A DNA stretch of 64,000 nucleotides from Asterias rubens (Eukaryota), in contig NC_047079.1 of the NCBI RefSeq assembly GCF_902459465.1, positions 7,130,001 through 7,194,000 on the forward strand, in the 5' to 3' direction. Shown piece by piece: positions 46,001 to 57,400 of the stretch. The position numbers and the translations under genes are program-made. The notes under the pieces are model-generated. The model had not been told where the DNA came from, ran no database searches, and saw only the letters and a program-made list of their open reading frames with translations. The first letter of the stretch is position 1. Each line of letters begins with the position of its first letter.

Positions 46001-49000
46001 CACTAAAGGGAAGATGGGTGGAGTTGAAATAGTTATTGACCCTGAACACATAACATTCACGCGTAAGTTTTCTGCTGCTTTCTTTAAGGAAAATTACAGA
46101 ATTGGTTTTGCTAACAAAACAGTTGCTGGCAGTGTTGATCCACCATATCCATAAACTGACAAACCTGTAGAAGTTTGAGATCGATCGGCCATTGCGGTCA
46201 CGAGAAAATAGTGAAAAAACGATTACACAGTTTGCATGGCATTGATGCAAACAAAAAAATTAATAAATCGCTCACTGAGCGATAAACTCCAAACGCAAAA
46301 TTAAATTATTTATATTTCTCATCAAATATGACATTTCATATAGAGAAATATTTCAAGAGGTGTTTCCTACTATCATCATCGTTAGACCGTGTAAGTTTGA
46401 TGTAAATCTGTGATCTTCACGACTTTGTTTTCTTACCATTATTATGTTACGTTCCTTTACGAAGTAAATTCCCGGTCAACTCAATGAAGTGGAGTGTTAA
46501 AACCATTTCAAATAACACTCGAAGCGTTCTGTGTTTGTTGAATTTATTTTTCTTATAACTTCTTGTACATAAAGCAATGGTTTGAACTAATTGGTTGGTT
46601 TCAGATACTGACGAATGCAAGTGGAAAACCGACGACTGTTCCATGTACGCTACTTGTGAGGATCTCGGCGCCGATGGCTTTACATGTCATTGTCAGGCTG
46701 GTACCACAGATGCACTGACCCTAGGCCAGCCAGGACGAGAGTGTATACTCCGTAAGTTATCATAGGATACCAGACAGATATGTCACCGCGGCAATCTTGT
46801 TTTCTATAGTTTTTGAGGTAAAAAATACAGGTGAACCATAGAAGATTAATGAAAAGGCATTATCGGAAAGCAAACAAACAAACCAACAACAAAAACATGA
46901 AACATCATGTAATAATAATATTGGTAACAATTTATCAGCGCCAAATCCATCTAAAATAATGTTCCATGGCGCATACAACAGAATAAACAGCAAAAAGAAA
47001 CGACTTGTATTCACAGAAACGAAAACAAGCAAACAACACCAAAACGAAACGAACATTATTGTGATAGCTGGTCTAATAATGCGTCACTCTGTCGGTTTTT
47101 GTCCTCAGCAACGACGAGGAGGCCAATCACGCATAAAAAGCCACCAGTGGTGAAAGGTATCAACGGACCAACTTGGGGTACGTTTTTGAATATTTTGAGT
47201 AAACATAGTTTTGTTGTGCTGAAGCTTAGTGCTGGGATACTTTTAGGCTTGTTCTATATGAGGCCCTGGTCAAATTGTGGAGTTGTTACTGCCAACTTAG
47301 AGGCAACCAATTGCAACCGCATTGTATGAACAAGAGCAACTTGGTAACACTTTTCGAACGGTCTATAAATACTCTAATGAAATATGCGAAAATTTAAATA
47401 GGAATGGCTGTTTACTTCTTGGAGATCGCTTGGTACTGGTTAAAGGCCGGTTTATAGTCGGTCGCGCGATGGTCGCGCGACGGAAGACTTGCGCGCAATC
47501 CTAAGACTGAGGCCTAAAAACCATGTCTTTTTATGATTGCGCGTCAAGATTTCCGACGCCCGACCATCGCGCGACCGACTATAACTCGGCCTTTACTTTA
47601 AATTGCACCGGGAGACATGGCCCTAACCTATAGTTTGCCAACATGACGGAACGTCTTACCTTGCTGTTTGGGGATGATAGTGCTGTGACGCATACACGAT
47701 TGTGCGTATGTCTTTTGCACAAAATAATTCATTTTAATAACAGTGTTTTATTATTATGTAAACATTTGAATTTATTAAAATCTGACTTTAAACTTATTGT
47801 CCGATAGAACCATGGCAGATTGGCGCGTTCGTGATAGGTATTACCATTGGGATGTTGTTCGTTGCTGCTGCTTTCCAGTATTTCTGCAAGTGGCGTCATA
47901 AATGCCGTGAAGAAGACGACGATCCTAACAGGTCAGTATCTAATTAGTCTCGATTCAAGGCGTCACTGAAGTATGCTGTATAAAGGATCGATACAAATTA
48001 ATGCTCGTCAACAGAGGGCCCCCCCCCCAAAAAAAAAAAAAAAAAAAAAAAAAACTTTTTTCTTTATCTCTCTTTTTTTCTCGAAAAGTGAACGAGCCCT
48101 CCGAGAACAGGCCCTGTACCGCGAAAGAATGAACCGTCGGTGGAGCTTCATGTACCGCCGGCCTGAGACTGAAGGCACGGTCGACGAAGCCATGTACACG
48201 GACGGCTGTGATCGAGACAACCCATTTATATCAATTGGTCACGACCAACCTTTGATACCAAGTGCTCCAACAGCTGGTAAGGTGTTATTTTGTTGTTTTA
48301 TTTTACTTTTACTGTTGTTTAAAAGAATAAAAAGTATGGATCCTGGTTTGCCTTCATTTAGAATATTGCCCCCACCCCGACCTTTCACAATTGTTTTCTT
48401 GGGGATCGTATGACATTGTTTGAAAAAAATGACCATACATTACCAAAGTGGTTCTGTAGAATTGCATGCAGTTTTGGTTGCCTCCAAGATACCTGTAAAA
48501 GTTGCCTCATGCATGTGACAACGCCCTAACAACCCTCGCGGTATATCAACACTTTATAAACATGCCATCGTTCAGATCTGCTCCCGCCCTATGTGGGAGA
48601 TTTAGAGCAAACATGTTTTGGGTATCTCATGTTTAAACATAGCCACGTGATCACCTCTTGACCAATCAGAGTGTTGGATAAGCTCTCAAGTGTATCTATG
48701 AATAATTCGTGATTTGTCTTCATTTTTCAGATGATGGCCTAGATTTAAGATTAGCCCAGCGTAGTACCACAGCAGTACAGACGGACCCGGAGCCTGGCTC
48801 GGACTCAACGGGACTCAGGGCGCTCGGAGACGGCTCTGGGGGAAGTCAAGAGTCGGGTTTCCACGATCTACCGGCCGGAGAGGTAAAGTTCCTTGCCTAA
48901 TGACGTCACTCTCTAAAAAACACCCTCACTGATGTCAAAGCTTAGATTATTGCTTGATACATATTGATGTTTAATTTATTTTTGTTTACAGAATTCTCAA

Positions 49001-49226
49001 GACACAACAGCGGTGAATGTTGAAGAAAATGGAGACCAGCCAACAGAGGGCGAACCAGTGAGTGTACTTTGTGTAATAATATTATCAAAAACCATAAATC
49101 AGAGAAGATTAAACTTTGTTTTGTTATTATTTAACTCACAAGGTTCTAGGAGTTTTGTTATAAATATAACAATATTTTTTTTTTTATTCATTGTAGGAAT
49201 CTGAAGACAGATGCCTCGTGATGTAA
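40021..49226 (+). CDS. Type I transmembrane mucin-like protein: signal peptide - PTS - SEA - SEA - PTS repeats - SEA - EGF(Ca) - TM - cytoplasmic tail (~1403 aa)
   Basis: Exons 40021-40090 (MTVHFMFLAVVLVLSISPFASQT; in-frame upstream ATG at 39985), 40585-42503, 43304-43529, 43972-44249, 44559-44790, 45178-45677, 45831-46062, 46605-46751 (TDECKWKTDDCSMYATC..GFTCHCQAG...GREC), 47109-47156, 47808-47931 (TM WQIGAFVIGITIGMLFVAAAFQYFCKWR), 48089-48276, 48731-48882, 48992-49057, 49197-49226 (ESEDRCLVM*). Total 4212 nt in frame, GT-AG throughout. SEA motifs FNGVLRI...FN.SL and FSNGS(I/V)IA are present. Confidence 0.88.
40690..41390 (+). repeat. Three diverged 237-bp (79 aa) coding repeats in the PTS exon
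   Basis: GATGGGGT.AA.ACAACAATG at 40914 and 41151 (237 bp apart); SQN.QGTT and TTAR.D recur three times. Confidence 0.85.
42558..42943. mobile_element. TTAA-flanked non-autonomous DNA element (Kolobok/ANGEL-like), family B
   Basis: TTAAAGGCAGTGGACACTATTGGTA ... TACCAATAGTGTCCACTGCCTTTAA is a perfect terminal inverted repeat; in a mucin intron. Confidence 0.85.
44405..44508. mobile_element. Palindromic MITE, family C (internally deleted)
   Basis: GGAACGCAAGGTGGCAGTAGAC ... AATGGATTTACC ... AAGTCTGCCGCCACCTAGCGTCC. Confidence 0.75.
45207..45497 (+). repeat. ~2.4 near-identical 123-bp (41 aa) coding repeats
   Basis: TGCT.TCGACAACC at 45211, 45334 and 45457; unit LLSTTIAPTTAEPKPNASTTPLLSTSNVPTTESQSNLPTTT. 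Confidence 0.92.
47445..47591. mobile_element. Palindromic MITE (Tourist/PIF-Harbinger-like)
   Basis: GGCCGGTTTATAGTCGGTCGCGCGATGGTCG ... CGACCATCGCGCGACCGACTATAACTCGGCC, with TAA/TTA-type flanks. Confidence 0.75.
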
Positions 49227-49547
49227 ATTAGACGTCCGTCTAGGGGAATTTCATTAAGTTTGACTGGGAGCACAAAAAATGCTAAGCACTGAAAAGCATT
49301 GCTTACCAGAAACAGGTTATCAGCCAACAATCAAATGCATTCAGTTTGCATTGTTTTGTATTATATTAGAAGGCCTTTTATTATTACATAGGTAGGTAAA
49401 TAGATAAAATGGTTTATTAAAAAACTGTCCTCGCAGCACAAAGGCTGAATTACAACAATTTTACATTAATTTACATAGGGCAATTTCATGTGTTTTTGAA
49501 TGTTTGTCATGTCCACTATGATGGAAACACAATGATGTGACAATACA

Positions 49548-49705
49548 GTGTGGTTCGTGTAGTGTTGTCTTGCCTCGCCTTCAACCTCTGGGATACCAGT
49601 TCGAATCCCACTTGGGGCACTTTGTTGATTTGGTTTTTGGTCCCTACCTGCTGCGTGGGTTTTCCCTAGAATAATTATCTGGGGTTTTCATCCCTAAACC
49701 TGAAA
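49548..49705 (+). mobile_element. tRNA-derived SINE-like element
   Basis: A-box-like TGGTTCGTGTAGTG and B-box AGTTCGAATCCC, followed by a body shared with 23600-23735; no full cloverleaf. Confidence 0.6.
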
Positions 49706-51448
49706 TTTATTTATCGTCTTCTCTGCTCGTTCGGCTGTAATTAGAGCGTTGGGAGTGGATGGGACTAGCACGAGGGGCCAAGATAATCTTGAAAAGTTAA
49801 AAGTACTCGGGTCATTATTCGGCCAATTTCAAAGAAGGGCTGGAAGCTTAAAAACTTGTGGACGTTTTAGGCGGTATTTCAACGGGTTCTCTTGCCACGA
49901 TAAGTAAAAATTTAGCAAACTTGAACATTTAAAATAAGTCGCGCATGATCCATGTAGTGTCTATTTTGCTGTAAATATTATTGTGTGTCAAAATTTCACT
50001 TGCTAACTGCGTAAAACTATACGCTCAAAAATAAATTATTATTGACAATGTACAGCATTTTGTTTTTGCCTCATGCCGTTTTCTTCATAGTTTGAGTAAA
50101 ATAACGACATAAACATAGACATAACCTGAAAGGGGGGTTGTTGATTGGAGGAATGCAGACCTGGATTTACAGACCTCTGATCAAATTATGGGTCTTGACC
50201 TCATGGTTCCCTTTCAAAGTTTTCCTTGGGAATTAAGATTTTTCCATGCGCCCTTGTGCAAAATGAGTGGCCGTGGAAAGAGTGGAAAACCAGGCCTGGG
50301 AATAGCTTAGTGTTGATAGGCTGTCCAAGTTGGCAGTTGTGGCTACGGCTATGGCTTGATCGCCATGTAGTGTAGAAGCCCTGAGCAAGCCATTGGAAAC
50401 ATCCACGAGCCGCCATCCACCTGGCTCTCGGAAAGCCTCGTCAACGAGATGATGAACTGGCAATAATTATCTGAACACTTGAGGGCGCTGTATAAGTTCG
50501 ACCGCCCAAACAAAACAACATTGTACAAAATTTCGCCACAGCACGAAATGTCTCACAGAGCATAACATTTCTCATCGAAAAATGCTCAGAATGACGTAAG
50601 CTGTGGGTTAATAATTAGCAAGGAGAAGCAAACAAGGACTAGCAAGAAGTGCGGACAGCTCTTGGTAAGGTTTTTATTTCTTCTGGGTATATCCGAATCG
50701 AGAGATAATTATTATTATTGACTGATTAAAATAAAAGACTTGATGCACTTGGTATTAGTTCGAAAAAAAAAAGTAATTCAAGGTCAATGATGTAGAACAC
50801 ATGCATGGGACTCAAATCAAACCATGGAGGAAGGGAATCAAACCTACCGTATCAGAGTACCTATTAATTATTATTACGTCTACGTGCACTTGTTCACGGA
50901 GATCGTGTTAATCATTCACTCACTGAATTAGTCACATTTTTCTCAACATGAACATGCGATCAATGTGAATGACACATCATAGTCATAGTTATACATGAAC
51001 ACACCACCCACTGCATCAGGACAGTTCTGCTGCAGTGACTGTGCAAGTGAGTCTTAATTTTTATCGTTAACGAAGTTACCAGAACCAGAAACAGGGGCAA
51101 AGTCTTATATAACAGGTTTTCTTTGTTGATTTGTTTAGGAACTTTAGTTTATGTTTATTTTGTTTTATTGCTAAAAATAAAATGGTACTACTTTACTTAA
51201 CACTAATTTTATAGCACCCTCCTCAGTCAATGAGGTCAATGTAGCCCCACCTGTGTGGCCAGCGCACGATTCGAGTTGGCCACACAGGTGAGGCTACGCT
51301 AAGGTCAATGAAGACCTTCGATCGGTAGATGTGCATGCGTGCACTTTTCCATTGTTCGAACTCTCAGCCATGGCTGCCAATGCAAGGGCCAGACTGAAGA
51401 ATGTCATCCATTTTTTGCCAAATAGAAACAACGTTTCTACAAGTTACG

Positions 51449-54400
51449 ATGGAGACGACAGCCAAGACAACTCAAGATGATAAGGTCAGTCTTGAGACGA
51501 CAAAAGAAGATGGGCATAAGAAGCAATCAAGTTCAGAGCTTGGACAACAAGCGACGACAACAGATAAAAACGTAAACCAAAACAACGCAGAAGAAACAGA
51601 TTCAAGGAATTCTGCGACCAGGAGAAATGTAAGTCCAACAGATGAAAATCTTTTAGGATCAAACTCTGTTAGTTTGTGAACCAACATTAATTTGAAATCT
51701 TTAAATTGTAATTTAAAACTAGTATGGAGTAGCAAAAGCTCATTGGGGGCATGGAACCAAGTAAGCTGAGTTGCCGATATTTGTAAAGTCATCCTGTCCT
51801 AAAAATATTAACTTGGTAGAGTAGAGGGTTTCATAGTTTCATTACATTAATTGAAAGTGTTTTCCTTTTCTTTTCTTTTTTCAATCAGAAAAACAAGAAA
51901 TCCAAACACACGAAAGCCACTGATGCTTTGACTGACCGACCTGAGGAATCGACCAAAGATCCAGACCCTTATCCCCACCGTGAGACGAAACAAGATGCTG
52001 CGTACAAAGCCAGACCAAGGTCCTCCAGAGGCAAGAGAAAGAATGCAATGCAGTTTGACTCACAGAAACCTAGTGGTGCAGATGCTACAAAGAGCCAGGG
52101 TGCAACACCTAAGAAAGACTTTGGAGGATCTTCAAGGGACAAGAAGAAAGGCTCTCGGACACCCAACAAACATCATCCTAGTGTAAACGGTGGTGACACG
52201 ACACCCACTAAGGGGGAGCACCAAAGTCAAAGTACACCAAGGTCAGCAAGTAGGGGTCAATGTCAAGGAAATCCAACATCAAAGAGCAGGAACTATGGTG
52301 GTACTCCCAACAAGAATAAAAACTTCAAGGTAATCATCTTTTATATTTTGGTAGTGTGTTCTTTTTCCTTTCGATGAAAATGATAAAACAAGTTTACTGC
52401 TGCCTGCATTGAATTTAATGAGAGAACAAGTCACTGTGGTTTGCTATTAGCTGTGTACAACTACCAAACAGCACAACACAGTAACCAGATCCCTTAAGAG
52501 ATTAACTAAGGTGATAAAGAATCTCTCAAAACATGAGAGTGCTTTTAGTGTACACTCTGCTGGCTGTAAATTGTGTCTTGTTTCTTCTCTTGAATAGCCT
52601 TTTGAAGATTATCTCTCGTTGGAAGAAGTCTCGGATGGATTAAAGAGAAAACGTCTGCTTCAAGGAGCTATACGGATCAACCCAAGGAACTTTGAAGAAT
52701 CTTACTTGGCCGCACAGGTAGGTATGAGGGCGTTAAGGGGTCATCTGTATTTCTACTTTTCTGAAAACAAAATTATTTATTAAAACAAAAAAAGAAACAA
52801 ACAATTTAATAACTAATTTTTGTGTTACATCCAACAGCACAATAATAAGCATCAAGAACATAATGAATTGGATCAATAATAGGCCTAAATGAATATAATT
52901 ATTAAAAAGGAAATTTTAGTTTAGAAGCAAGGCCTTTTTAATTTTGCAGGGAGCACTTTCATTGGAAATTTTAAAGTCTTTGGTAATCTTGGAAGGGGCA
53001 CCAAGGCCAAGACCAGGGGCAACAGAGACAAGAGACTGCCTGTAATATCCGGCCTGAGAAAGCCTTTTTCAAGTTTATCAAACGTCTCTGTATTGCTTTT
53101 TTTTCAGGATGGTGGAGCTGATATTTTTCTGAATGGACTCACGGCCCGTAATCGCGCTTTGGAGGGGGACGTCGTCGTTGTTGAATTTCTCCATAAGTCT
53201 AAATGGAAGGTAAGGTATTGATGCGTTTCAATCAAATAAAGTAAGAGGTTTTCACTGTGATATTTTGTTTCTATTATTTTGTAATTTTTAATGTACAAAA
53301 TTTGAATTTTTTTTGGAAGACAGTTTAGGTTTGTAGGAATTGAGCTGGATTGATTTCCCAACAAGCCCAACGAGGATAATGTCAAACTGCAAATTTTCCA
53401 AACTGATAAACTGAAAACCGCCAAACCGCCCAACCATCTGAACCAATGACCAAATGCCCCAATTTTAATTATCTTCAACATTAAACTCTTCTTAAAAATT
53501 ACCAGGTAGCTTAACCTCTCCATACTGATATAGAGATCTTAACATGTTCAAAGTTTGAAAAAGGGTAAAAAACTACACAGGTTTTGAAAACTCTTTTTTT
53601 TCCCTCAGCTCATGGAAGACGATTATCAGCGATACAAGCAAATGGGTCAGAAGGAATCAAAATCAAAATCGACTTCAAAGCCAAAGACTGAAGAAGCCGT
53701 TCTCGCCAAGCAACTCAAAGATCTGAAAATAGAAAGTCTCCAAGACAAGAGTGCAATGAACCCCACTGGGGAAGCAGCTGAAATCACTAAAGATGAACTA
53801 GCTTTGGGAAAACATGACAAAGCTGACTGTTTGACGTTCGAAAAAAGCTCCCAATCGGAAAGACCTGAGACAGAGAATCAAGCCTCAAAAGGACTCGATA
53901 CTAAGAGCCAAGATGAAGGAGGAAGTCTTCAGGAGGAGACTGATTCTATAGTGAAGAGGCTTTTTCCTGAGGAGGATAAGAAGGAACAAGGCATGGACGA
54001 GGAGATTCCTGAGAGGTTTTATCAAAGGCTTGCCAAGGTTGTTTACATTGTTGAGAGGAGCCACTCTAGAGCATGCAGCGGAAAATTGAGACCACCACCT
54101 ATGAAGGTAAGTCAACTATATCTCCAGAAATTTGTTACTTTAACCTTGTACTGTTTGTTCACTAAATATTATCTACATGATGATGTTTAGAATGATGGAA
54201 AAACTATGACAGCCCACAATATAATACCACCCAGTGAACAGTTAAATGTATCTGCACAACACACAGTCAACCCTCTTACTGTCTGACCATTAATGTCATC
54301 CACTATGGTTTATAATGATAGATATCTTCATGAGGTAAGAGGTAATTCTTTTTTTTTTGAGAGAGAGAGAGATCCAAAGCTATTGTGTGGTGATAACATT

Positions 54401-57400
54401 ATAGGAAGAATTACCCAGAGAGTCAAAATGTTCAAACTCTCATAAGTTTCATCTGATCTTGCAGAATGCTCCAAACGCTGTGTTTTCACCGTCTGATTAC
54501 CGTGTGCCAAGGATCTACATCCCAGTGTCTGAATGCCCAGAGGGATTCTTAGAGCGTCCCGGTGATTTTGAATCAACTCTGTTTATTGCGAGGATAGATG
54601 AGTGGCCTTATAACTCACCGTTTGCTCTAGGGTAAGCAACCAAATCCTCTCAGTTTTTTTCTTTCCTTTCCTTCTTGAGGAGCGTTAATCAGGCCTTGAA
54701 CTTCGTTTCTTGAAGGGGCACAGCAATTTCCCTCTGGTAAGGGGCACTTCTAATATATATTTGTAACGGAACCTTGCAGAGGCCACCAAAGCAAAAGCAC
54801 AGGGCACCACGCAATCGCTGTGAGTGCCATGGGCTATTGAGAGGCCTGGGTATTCGGGTAGTTAGGCTGTGTCCGAAACGACGACTTCGGCTACAGCTAC
54901 GTCTAGATCAGCGCGTGTACCAGTGTTGAAGAATAGGCAGACGCGCGCGATCTAGCCGTAGCTGTAGCCGAAGTGGCCGTTTCGGACACGGCCTTATTAT
55001 CCAAATGATCTAGGTTATATACAGCCAAAGGAAAACTATGCACACAGCTAATCTTTTGGGTTTATTTATTATTTGGGTTTTTATTATTTATTATTTGTGT
55101 ACAGCCACCTTCACCGGAGTCTTGGGGAGGCTGGAGAAATCGAGCCAGAAACAGAAGGGATGCTGATGGAGCATGGAGTAGACTACTCGGACTTCTCAGA
55201 CGAGGTGAGGTCTTAAAAACAATTCCAAGTCCAATTTCTGCGACAGGTCCAATATCAACCTAAGGTTATATAGATTGGCAATGATGCCCTCTTAGAATAA
55301 ACTCATTGATTTGAACTTGGATAAGTAAATCAACTCCAAAGCTTCAACTACAGATGCAGAAGTCGACCAATGCTGTTATATTTATTTGCTCATAAATTGC
55401 TTTGATCCATTTTCTTCAGGTCATAGCTTGTCTTCCTAAGAACCTTCCTTGGACTATTCCTCAAGATGAGATTGCAAAACGTAGATCCTTCCGAGATGAA
55501 TGTGTCTTCACTATAGATCCAGCTACGGCCAGAGACCTTGATGATGCTCTGTCTTGTGTTGCACTAGGGGATGGTGAGATAAATAGTTCCAAACCTCACG
55601 CCAAGTAGTGTATGATCTCGCCGTGCATTTGTTCTTTCCCAGTTTGCCTTGCTCGATCCTAACCCCTGGAAGTGTGACTTTGAAATATCCAATGAACCAT
55701 AAATGATGATTGAACTCAAGTTGACTCTTTGGTTTGCATGGCCCAATTTCATAAAACTGTTTAGGAGGAAAAATTGCTTAGCGAATTTCTTTCGTGATCT
55801 GTATGGAATGCATTGATGGAATGTATGCTTTTAACCTGTTTCTGCTAAGCTTTTTGTGCTTGCTGGTTTTTAAGAAATTTGGTCTTGGCCACTCTATGCC
55901 TTGGCAATGCAAGACAGCTTAACATGATGTTTTGCTTAATGCTTAAAAATGAGACCTTGAAATCAGCTTTCACCTTCTCGATTATATTTTCTGAGATTTT
56001 TGTTGTATCGTTGTCATTTAAGAACTTTATGATTTACCCATCTCAAACTAATGTAACTTCCCTTGTTTTGACTGTAATCAATTTTAGGGGAATATGAAGT
56101 TGGAGTGCACATCGCTGATGTCAGCTTCTTCGTTGATGAGAACAATGCACTGGATGAGGTTGCCGGATTGAGGGCCACTAGTGTCTACTTGGTGCAGAAG
56201 GTGAGAAAGATAATTTCTTAACATCCTAAGAAACTTACAGGGTGCACCTTTTGTGTGGCCTCTCAATAACTTTTTTGTTTTGATACTTTTTAAGGTGATT
56301 CCTATGTTACCACGGTTACTCTGTGAGCATCTTTGCAGCCTCAACCCCAACGAGGACAAGTTGACCTTTTCGTTTCTATGGCGACTCACGGAGAATGGAG
56401 AGGTAGGTCATGCTCTTTTTCTGGTTATCATAAAAGTGCTGAGTATCAGTGTTAAATACAAATCAGTGTACTGGTAAAAAATAATTGATATAAATTAGCA
56501 CCCCAGCACTGATCTCAAACTGTGTTTATTTCAACCTCTCCTGGATGTATCTTACCTCTTGGACTAGATCCTTGATGAGTGGTGCGGTCGTTCAGTCATC
56601 CGCTCCTGTGTCAAGATGAGTTACGCTCACGCCCAAGGGATCATCACGGAGCCTGAGAGAGTCTGGACACCAGAGGAGATGCCGACAATCACAAATGGGT
56701 TCACCATCCCGGACATCGTGGAGAGAGTTCTTAATCTTAACAAGGTACCTCTTTCTCATTACATATATTGTTACCTTTGTTTACTCTTTTGGTTTTCCAA
56801 TTTTACTTACTCACTAACCTACTTATTTAGCTGCTAAGGACAAGGTGTCCCTGGGCCTTTTTAGACGACCTTCCCCATTTCAGTTTTTGCAGTTAGTTGC
56901 TCTGCCTCATGAAGTGGAATTAGGACATCTTCCTGGACTTGATCCTTCCAGCGCAATGGTGGGCATCCTCGTTGATGTGGTTTGATGAAATCATTGAAGT
57001 AGACCTGATCGGGTAGCCTGTCGGTAATCTGGTTTATTTACTGTAAAATGGGTCCCACAGCTTGAGGGCCCAATTTCAAAAAGCTTCTTAAACAGAAAAA
57101 AGTTGCTAAGCACAACAAAAGTATGCTACCAGGATATAAGGTTACCAGCCAAAACACATTGCCTAATCTGTAGTGTCTGTCACTGGTGTCCTGCTTAAAT
57201 TTGCTAAGCATTATCTTGAGCACTGAGCACGTTAACTGGAAATTAGAGGTTATTCTTTTAGAATCATTCAAAGATTAACAGGAGTTGATTCACACCTGAT
57301 GTTAAACATTTTCTGGTCTTGTTTCTAGATTGCCCAGAATATGAGGAAGAAACGTTCCGATGACGGAGCGTTACGCCTGGACCAGGTGAAGCTACTGTTT

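Noticed and set aside
50201-50221. Selenocysteine read-through of the UGA ending the MAARG ORF
   Set aside because: An in-frame TAA follows within five codons and no SECIS-like element was recognised.
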